Below, piece after piece: positions 54,745 through 64,000 of a DNA stretch of 64,000 nucleotides. A model generated the notes under the pieces. The model did no database searches. It was not told where the DNA came from and saw only the letters and a list, made by a program, of their open reading frames with translations. Positions within the stretch are counted from its first letter, which is position 1. Each line of letters begins with the position of its first letter. The stretch comes from Balamuthia mandrillaris. Taxonomy: Eukaryota. The stretch is taken from assembly GCA_031835245.2 (NCBI GenBank), contig JAVKOQ020000117.1:62001-126000 (forward strand). Direction: 5' to 3'. The position numbers and the translations under genes are program-made.

Positions 54745-57700
54745 GCTAACACTTGAACAACAACAAAAAAGGCAAAAACAAACGAACGCAGAATGATTTG
54801 TTTTTATCAGTTTTGTGGTTGGTTGGTTGACGTTCCTTTTGCATGTATGGCGTTGATAGTAACGGCAACGCCATGGGGAAGAGGCATTCTTTTATGGAGA
54901 GCGTTTCTTCAAATCTCAGAGAAAGGACAAACGACCGACAACAACAAGAAGAAACAGAAGACAAAAGTGGGGAAAGAAGCAAAGTCGAAGGAGGAACAGA
55001 GGGACGAAATGATAAAGAAGCAACGAGCGCTTTGTTGGGGGCAGTTTCTTTGTGCGTTGTTGGATATACCTGCTTCCATTTGTGCTGTAAGCATTGTTCT
55101 CACGTTGTGGCATTTCCTCCCATTCAAACGTGAATTAAAGGTAACATCTCTCTATTCTATTTTGTCTCTGCTTACCTAACGGCCAACAAAACAAAGACTC
55201 TTCCTTCTTTCGCAGGAACAAATCCTCATCGCATTGCCTTCTATTACTTCTTCAACCTTCTTATCGACTTGCCTTTCATCCTCTTCACATGCGTCATTAT
55301 GCTCTCCGCTTATCGCCTCCCAACTCTCGTTCGAGACTGGAAGAGACAAAACGCAACTTCGAATCTGGCGAATCGTCGTTGGCTCTGCTCTGAACAGTTC
55401 TTTTGCGTCCTGCTTGACCTTCCTTGTCTTCTTCTTTTCGTTCTTCTCTTCTTGCTTCGGTGGAACTTTGCTTGTCTTTACACTCAACTCAAAACTTGTG
55501 GAAAAAGAAACGCTCACGTTGAAGATGCGCTTCAAAAACGTCACCAAATCGGACTCGAAGTACACTTTTCAATTCTTTCTCGTTCCTTCCAACTCGTTCT
55601 TCATCTCCCAATTCTATCCATGGTATTCATCACCACGATAACGTTCTGGCGATTGTCTGCTCTTTGGAAAGCTTTATGCATTGCGGAGCATCGCGTGATA
55701 CAAGAGAGATATCCGTCTCCTTCTTCCCCTTCGCTTACTGCTCCCCCATCCACTTCTTTTTATCGTTATTCGGATCTTTCGCTCGAGGAAGACATCCTGA
55801 AACGCAAAGTGAGATGCGTTTTAGCCACGTTCTATTGTTTGCTGTTGGACGTCCCAGCTTCGATCGCTCTTTCTCTCATCTTCATCACCCGTTGGCATTA
55901 TCCCACTTTGAAGTCTGCTCTTTCTCCTCCTTCTTCTTCGCTTTCTCCCTATCGTCGCAACACGCTTATATTGAACACTTTCTTCCGGCGTTGGATGAAA
56001 GACTTGCCGTACTTTATTTGCATTGTGCTAGTCACTCTCAGTATCTATCGGGCGCCGTTTCTTTGGAGACTACTTTCTTCAGCTTCGCGAAAAGATAAGC
56101 AACAAAATGAAGAAGACGAAGCACTGACTCTTTCCAAGAAACGAAAAGTGGTGATAGAGAGCTTCTTGTTGATGCTTTGCGACATTCCCAGTTGGACTTG
56201 CTACTCTATTCTTTGGTTGACTCGTTGGAGATGGACGGTCCTTCAAGATGACTTGTCTTCTCTTTCTTCTTCTTCTTCTTCTTCTTCTTCTTCTTCTTCT
56301 TCTTCTTCGACAGAAGCGCTTCAACATTATGGTGTTATCTTTTATCATATCGGCAGATTGTTGAAAGAAGACAGTCTCGCGCTTCTCTGCATCGCTTTCG
56401 TGACTTTGTTTCCTCATCGACTCTATATCTTAGGAAACAAGTTGAACAAGACACAAGGTTTAAAGCAAAAGAGACACACGACCTACGAACAGTTCTTATG
56501 CGTTCTTCTCGACCCCTTTATCCTTCTCTGCCTTCTCTTCACGTTTATTACCGTTCTTCGCGTTCGTTCTCTTCGTTCCTCTCTTCAAAGATTGAACGAT
56601 TGGAAAGGGCTGAAGTTTCACATGAGCGTCATTCAAGTCTTTGTGAAACTTTTGGTGGATTTGCCTTTTGTGCTCTGCGCTCTTCTGGTGACCGTAACGT
56701 TTTGGAAGTTACCAACGATGCGTCGTCGCATCAAAGAGATCGAGCAACGCTATCGCGAGCTCTTTTCTACGATAACGGAGGAGAACGAACGAAGAAAGTT
56801 GCACATGGCGAAAAAGAAGGCAATGGGATTGGTGGTGTTGGAATGTGCCGCTTGCGTGGTCGTGGACGTGATCACTGCCCCTTGCTTGGGTTGCGTAAGG
56901 CTGACTTGGCATTGGCCTTACTTGAAGAAGGAAGCTGAGGTTGCTTCCTTCTCTTTTTTTGCTGCTTCTTTACTCCATTCTTCATCTTCTTTCTTCTACA
57001 TGCTTCTTTGCTGCTTTGCTTTTCTGCTGTCTTTCTTTTTCTTCTGTCTTCTTCTTTCTTTCTTGTAGGACGCTTCCTTCTTAACCATTCTATTTCGCGC
57101 GCCTCATTTTACAGGAGAAAAAACTGGAGCTTCTTAGTTGGGACGTTGCAGTGCTCAAGCATTTCGTTACAAGCCTCCTTGACGTGCCCTACTTCATTTG
57201 TCTCACTCTTTTGCTCGCAACTGTTTGGCGTGCAAAGTCCGTGCTTTCAGCTCTTTCTAAGGTTTATTTTCTCTTCATCTCTTTCTATACATTATACATG
57301 TGTTCACTTTCTTGTCCAAAAATATAGGCGGAAACGTTGAGCCTAAAACGACAAGAAGTGTTGCGCCAAACGGGATATCTTTTGTTGGACATACCGGCTG
57401 GTATTGCTGCATTCGTTGTCATTGTGACCGCTTGGCACGCGCCAAGTCTTTTGCGTAAACTCAAGGCATCGCTTCTTTCCTCTCTGCTCTCTTTCTTTAT
57501 TTTGTGATATTTATTGGTCCTTAACTTTTCGTTCACAGGAAAAACAAGGATGGGAGAAGCATAGCCTCATCTTCCGCCACTTGCTGGCCTTGCTCATTGA
57601 CATTCCCTTCATTCTTTGCACCCTCTTCGCTGCATTGTTCTTCTGGAGGATACCAACCCTCTATTCTCAATTCTCTCAATGCAAAAGTAATCGAGACAAG

Positions 57701-59436
57701 CGAAAGGTGGCCACCGTGCAAGCTCGTTTGGCCCTATTGGACATTCCAGCTTTTATTCTGGGCTTTGTCGTCTTTCTGACACTTTGGAAAGCGCTCAAGT
57801 TACTTCGCAGCATTCATCAAATCAAAACCACTTCTTCTTCGTCTTCCTCTTCTAATGAAACCGACAAGAAAAAGTTGGAAAAGCAACAAACAACATTAAA
57901 ACAAGCGAGAAAGAAGTCCAATAGGGGCTCACAGCAGAAAGAAGAACCAGAAAACAGCGCTATAACATCTTTTTACGAAGGTTCAGCCATTCACAGAGCC
58001 ATCTTTTGGCAATTCATTCTCCTTCTGTTGGATCTACCTCTTCTCGTTTTCGCGGTGGGAGTAACCTTGTGTCCTTGGAGAGGATTGTTCCTCCATCGAC
58101 TGCTGCGCGTTATGGATGGTTTGTCCTTCTTGTTCTTGTTCTTGTTCTTCTTCTTCTTGTTCTTCTTGTTCATTCTCCTAAGTATGATCCTATATGACAC
58201 CAAAAGGTTATTGGAGACGAAGAAGAGCGTTGATCAAGCAATTCGCGTTGTTATTCTTGGATGTGCCTGCTTTCGTGTGCTTCGTTTTGCTATTGTGTTC
58301 ATGGAGAGGACCTTCCACTTGTGCTCTTCTCGTCAGAACCTTTCGTAAAGAAAAATCGCGACAAACTAAGCAACGTAGAGAAGCAGAAGCAACAATAGAC
58401 GAAGTGGATGATAAAGATGAAGACGACAAGATAAAGGAGAAGAAGATGGATAAAGAAAGCAGATTGGAAGCAATACTTTCGTTAGCATTGCATGAAGTCA
58501 TCGCCAAAGAGTTTCTAGAGTTGGTGGTGGATTGGTGTTATGTGCTCTTGGCCGTTCTTTTGCTCTGGCGTTTGCCTTTCCTCGTTCGTAGGTTCATTGT
58601 TCAGGTTTGTTATCACTCTATTGTAGCAGCTACTCTTTCACCTTCTCTTTGCCTCGTTTTCACCGTTATCATCGCGTAAAACAGAAGGCAAACATCTCAT
58701 GTGCAGAACAAAGAAGAAAGTTGGTGCGGCATCAATTGGCTGAGACAATTCAAGATATACCCTATCTGCCTCTCTTCTTGCTCTCTCTTGTGGCGGTATG
58801 GCGTTGGAGAGGTCTCTATACGAAATGGCGACTGGTGAGCGACTCTGATTCTGCTAAACGAGCCTTACTTTGGGCCACCTCAACCCTTATCTTGAAGGAT
58901 ATTGCTGCTCTTCTCTTAGGTTTGTTTCCTCCTTCTCCCTCTTGTTCTTTTCTCCTTCTTATTTTTCTTCTTTTTCTTCTTCTTCTTCTTCTTCTTCTTC
59001 TTCTGTTTAGTATTCATTTTTATTTTCCTCTGTTTATGTTTTTGCTTGTTAGTGGTTGTCCTTTGCGTAATTGGCCCATGGCGAATCCCTGTTCTGTTGC
59101 GACAACTTTGGAGAAGAAGAGCAGGTCAGGAGAAATTGGAAGCTCACTCTGTGCTCTTCCATCAATTGAAGGAGAGTGTTCCTGATCTTCCTTATGTTCC
59201 ACTGTTCTGTTACGTTTGCACTCTTGGATTTTGGCGTATTCCAATCATGTACTCTCAATTCAAAAAGGTACCTTTATTTGCTTCTTTTTGTCCTTCTTCT
59301 TCACCTTCTTCATTTACTTCTTGTTGGCTTATGCTTGTGCTTTTTCAGTGTACTTCTGACGCGGCAGTAAGAGCAATGATACGTCGCAACTTTGTGTTAG
59401 CAGTTCAGGATGTGTGTTGCTTTATCATGGGTTTAG

Positions 59437-59467
<31 letters not shown>

Positions 59468-62400
59468 ATTCTTTCACGACCTTATTTTTCTTTTCTTCTT
59501 TCCAGTTGTTATCATGAGCATTACATTGTGGCGCATTCCAACCCTTAGAAAACTTTATCAAAAATATCAACTTCAACGCCAGGTCCCGCAACAGCAACAG
59601 CAACAACAACCACTAAAGGTTCGAAAGTCGATAGCGCTTATTTTCAAAGAGTGGCTGTATGATTTGCCCTTCGTTCCTATGTTTTTGGTGCTGCTTCCAT
59701 GTGCTTGGCGCTCTCCATCCGCCATCCGAGAAATGCGAGCAGAGAGGTCGGAAGGGCGAGCTCGCCTCGCAATTTACTACCATTTTATAATGTTGGCGGT
59801 TGATGTGACTGCGTTCCTAGCTGGTACCTCCAACATTTCTTTCTTCTTCCTTCCGTTTCGTGTTTCATTTCATTGCTTGTTTGGTTGTTCTGTTTTGTGT
59901 TGTGTGTTGTTACGCTTTAACATTTTTTCTATCATTAAATAATATCAGCGATGGCAGTAGCAATCACTCTTTGGAGAGCTCCAACTCTTTATTTCAAGCT
60001 AAAGGTACTGATTCCTTTCATCATTTTTTCTTCTGTTTTTGTTTTTCTTCTTCCTCTGTTCTCTTCATCTTCTTTCGTGTTTTATTTCTAACTTAAATAC
60101 ACAAATATCGAAAACGAAAAGTCATCTCGTTTGTTGATAACGTCAGATATAACTGCATGGCACGAAGTAACGTTCTTTCAATTCGCTTTGCTCTTTGTCG
60201 ATATTGCTCAACTGCTTCAAATGCTCTTCATCTTCCTTACCGTCACTCAAGTTTACTCCTTTGTTTCGCGCTCTCGCGGAATGCTTCGCATCTACATCAA
60301 AGACAAGAAACGCTTCTCCTTCCGAACGGAATCGAAGAAGCTTTGGAACAACATTCAACAACAACAAAGAAGACTACGAAGAAGAAAGAAACAGACATCC
60401 ACTGAAAACGAAGGAGAGGAAAGCGAAGCGGTCTCTTTGGCCGACATTCCTGAAGAAATACTGTTGGAGATATTTTCCTATTTTTCAGCGGTAGAGCTGA
60501 CCCAGAAAGTTTCTCTTGTTTGTGGTCAGTTTCAGCGTTTGGCTGAGGATAGAGCTCTTTGGAAGAGATTGCTTTTGACGGACTCAAGATGGACAGTTTC
60601 AAAGAGACAGCGTCGAAGAAACAAGATGATGGAACAAGGATGGAAGGAACTTTACCAGCACTGTTACACGAATTGGAAGACAAAAGCTTTGTTCTCGCTT
60701 CAAGTTGTTGGTGCGACTTTTTTCCTCTTCTCTTCGTTTTTTTTTTTGTCGTTATTTCTAACGTTTGGTATCCGTTGGTGTTGTTTAAATAATGCAGCGG
60801 GAGGACCAGAGAAAGACTATGCAGATGGTTATCGCTTCGTCATTCACCAAGAGTTCTGTAGGTCATGCAAAAACTTACCGCACACCATCATCCTTCCTAT
60901 GAAGATCCTTGGATACCTCATTCGAATGCCTGCATTGTGGTGGATAAGCTTCCGCTCGCAATATCTATCTACATATGCCTTTTGGTTTTCTTCTTGCTTC
61001 ACTCACAATCAAATTTTATCGCAACGTACGTTTTCTCTCCCTCTCTTTCTCTCTGTCTCTTTCTCTCCTGTGGCATTTTCTCTCTTTTTCATTGTCCTTC
61101 CAATGCAAAACTAATGGATTCCAACTCAGTTCAATGGCGTGATAACTTTTGGTGTATGCATGAGTTAGGCGTTGTTCTCGCTTTTGCCCTTGTATCGTGG
61201 ATAATCAACGATCTCATGCTGCTAGCAAACACACCAGGTATGCTTTATGCTTTATTTCCTTTTATCTGGTTAATAACTAAACTTCTTCTTTTGGTCGATG
61301 TCTTGCATTTGATGTAGCTATATTGCTTCGTTTTGTGGGTTGTTTGGGTTACCCTCTTTGGAACAATCCCATGCAAATTGTGCCTGTGCTTGCTCCGCCA
61401 ACTCTTCGCCAAAAGTGGCTCAAACGGATTGTCACCCTGCTCAACGGACTGTCATTGCCTGTCTTCCTTTCCTACAGCCTTGCCTTAGTCCTTCTTTCTC
61501 CTTTCATAGCTTTCACATGCTTCGATGCCGCTCTGCTCAGCCCATCTTTTGACTCTTCTTACTTGTTTTGGAGACACTTGCCAGACTTCTCTTCTCCGTT
61601 TGCTTTGGAAACTTGGAAGCAGCTTTTGTTCTTCCCTTTCTCACCGTATACTGCTTCTTCTCCCACGATGCAAGCTCATCTGTTTTGGGTGTTGTTCTTT
61701 CATTTGCTAGTGCCAATTGTCACTCTTCATTTCACATGGACTCTCCAACTCAACTGTACGTCATGTTACTCTCTCTTTCTTTTTGTAGCTTCTCTTCCTC
61801 TTTTCCTCCTAAAAACTAACTGTGGATTTCTCTTCTATAGTGGAAGGAAGGATTTATGTAACCCTTCCAGATTGCTTCGCTCTTTATGTCATTATCGGTC
61901 GGTTCCTCTTTAGGCAGTTGCAAACTGCACAGAGAGTGACATTCATGGCTTTCGTTGTTACCACTCGAATGCTTCGTACAGCGTTCACCTTTATTTGGAG
62001 CAAGTTTGTTGCTTGCTCTCGGTTCCTCCTTCAAAGCCTTCTTTCTGCTCTGAATTTTATTCTTCAGGTTTCCTTCCTCTTCAACTTTCTTCCTTCTATC
62101 TTCTTTCCTCTCTAACAGTATTAAAAAACCTTTAAAACAAAACAACAGAGCTTAAAACGAGTTTTAGGAATGAACAACCGTTGTCTTTCTACACTCACGC
62201 GATGGTGCTATAAGAGCGGCACTGTTGGAAACCTCTTATTAACGGCAGTAGTACCTTGTTGGATGTTTTGGCCCCTTCTGATCCCCTTGTTCTTCTCCAG
62301 TTACGCCCTGTGGATTCCTGCTTTCCTACTTTCTGTTCAGCTGCTTAGAACCGGATATAAGATTGTGGATAGGAATTGGGGAGACAAGAGCAAGTTCACT

Positions 62401-63310
62401 TCCAGAAAACCTGTTGTTAGGATCGAGTCTATGACGATGATACTTGGAGCTGTTGAGGAACATGGCATAGTTGTTCGCGTTAAAGGCACGAAACCTGCTG
62501 GTAATCTTCTGCTTCTTCTTGTCCTTGTTGTTCTTCTTCTTCGCTTCTTCTTTTAAGCTAATACTATTTTATTTCTTTGAAGACTTGGAAATCAAAGAGA
62601 TACGATTGTACTTTGGAGAGAAACAGTTTTGGAACACTCTGAAGAAGGCCATTGGACCCAGCCTCGTGAGGACCTTCCGTCTTATGCTCTATCCCCTCAA
62701 CATCTCGTCCTATATGACTCCCAAATCCTTCCCCAAGAACACAACCCGTACGTTTCTCTCTCTGTCTTCCATTCCTCCTGTTTCTCTCTTCTCTTTTTTC
62801 TCCTCTGACGGCATTTTAATATAGGTTTTGACTTGGAAGTAGCTTTTGGAACGGAAGGAAGGATTCACATCAGCAAAGCAACGCTTATCAAAAAGCTTAA
62901 AGAGTTCAAAAACTTGGTATGCTTATTGTTTTACTTTCTTCTCTTTTGTTTTCTTTCTAATTCACAAAGCTACATGTGAATAAAAGGGCGATCCCAAGGT
63001 GGAGATGCGCTTAGAATATGGCGAGAGCAGTTTTGGATGGAACAGCGAGGGGGTGCTCTTCATCATCGAAACTAGCGCAAGCGACATTCTTCACAGAGCC
63101 AAAACTGGGGCCAGCTTTTATCCAGTGGGACAAGATGATGAAGAGAGAGAAGAAAACAATGCGAAAGAAGAGCAGAGAAAAGGAAAGCAAACAACAGCGA
63201 AAAAACTGACAAAGAAAACATCGGCAAGTGAGGTCAGACGGAGAAAGATGGAAGACGAGGATGCAGAACTTGCCAGAAGGCTGCAAGCTCAATTCGACGC
63301 AGAAACGTAA
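53121..63310 (+). CDS. Giant multipass membrane protein with ~27 D-x-P...W-R hydrophobic repeats, an F-box and a C-terminal UIM-like motif, multi-exon
   Basis: Consecutive + strand exons repeat (L)LD(L/I/V)P-hydrophobic-(T)xW(R/H/K). F-box: LADIPEEILLEIFSYF..VSLVCGQFQRLAEDRALWKRL (~60435-60575). C-terminal EDEDAELARRLQAQF. ATG at 53121, stop at 63310. Single-gene status is inferred. Confidence 0.7.
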
Positions 63311-63369
63311 AAGAAAAGTGGCTCGCTTGGAATAAATAAATAAATAAATAAAGAAAATAAATAATACAG

Positions 63370-64000
63370 TTATCTACACCTCCACCCATCGTTGCGAAGC
63401 TGAAGCAAGTCCTGAAACATAAAACGAAGACGAGAGGCAAGCCTCTTATCTTTCGACAGAACATCCGCCTGGTGAAAGTAATGCTCCAAAGCGGCTTCGT
63501 TGCTGCCCTCCAATTGCTTACCAACTGTCCACATCAGCTTGCAAAACCCCTCCAACTTGGTCCATTGCAAGTTATCATCCTCTTTCAAGTTCCATGATGC
63601 GTCTCCCACTTTTCTCTTCTTCTTTTGTGCCTTCTTCTCTTTCGTTGGCTTCTTCAAATCTTCCATTTTATCTTCTTCTTCTCCATTGTCTCCGTTGTCT
63701 TCTTCTTCAATTTCTTCTTCGCTTTCTTCTTCTTCGTTTGGTTGATGTTGTTCGTCGCAAAAGTCTAAAGCAGGAATTTTGGAGAGGAGAGTATCAGCCA
63801 TGAAAATGATGATCTTTGGGGAGATAAGTCGCGCGTTGAACAACTCTCCTATGAACACTAGATTTCCATACATTCTCTTCTTTCTCTTCAATCGAGAGAG
63901 CTCCTTGTTTTCTTGCTCTTTCGCTTTCTTTTGGAGATGTGCTTCCACTTCGATGGGAAGATGAAATTGTTGACAATGTTGACGTTGGAAAAAGTCAAGG
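63370..64000 (-). CDS. MIF4G-domain (eIF4G middle domain-like) protein, 5' partial
   Basis: KRMYGNLVFIGELFNARLI..LEGFCKLMWTVGKQLE..YF..LASRLRFMFQDLLQLRNDGW, with the stop immediately after the domain. Confidence 0.85.
   Translation of the reverse strand, partial: LDFFQRQHCQQFHLPIEVEAHLQKKAKEQENKELSRLKRKKRMYGNLVFIGELFNARLISPKIIIFMADTLLSKIPALDFCDEQHQPNEEEESEEEIEEEDNGDNGEEEDKMEDLKKPTKEKKAQKKKRKVGDASWNLKEDDNLQWTKLEGFCKLMWTVGKQLEGSNEAALEHYFHQADVLSKDKRLASRLRFMFQDLLQLRNDGWRCR

Overview
This is a gene-dense, intron-rich eukaryotic window. Short GT-AG introns full of (CT)n/(TTC)n microsatellites and the gene content suggest a free-living amoebozoan (inference). I built about 23 spliced gene models by eye. 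Recognisable genes: gamma-tubulin complex component (partial), DEP-SH3 protein, CRT-like transporter, Rac GTPase, CCCH/RGG protein, inositol 5-phosphatase-C2-FYVE, tRNA nucleotidyltransferase, TRAF7-like E3, F-box-SPRY, TBCD, SET methyltransferase and a MIF4G protein (partial). Most striking: (1) a RIG-I/Dicer-type helicase with an N-terminal RIG-I-CTD-like Zn domain and a C-terminal dsRBD but no RNase III or CARD. It sits in a 28.5-40 kb block with a PD-(D/E)xK nuclease-kinase (Crinkler-like) fusion, an F-box-SPRY gene and a TRAF-RING gene, possibly an innate-defence neighbourhood. (2) A ~10 kb gene for a giant membrane protein with ~27 D-x-P...W-R hydrophobic repeats, an F-box and a terminal UIM. 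(3) A 96-aa cortactin-N-terminus-only protein, only partly captured by the ORF track, plus a non-canonical WCA protein. (4) An RFX-like winged-helix/Hsp20 fusion, a CCA enzyme with a poly-Ser flexible loop, and a tandem trio of Cys-rich GPI-like surface proteins. All domain calls rest on motif recognition without database searches, and exon boundaries are hand-derived.
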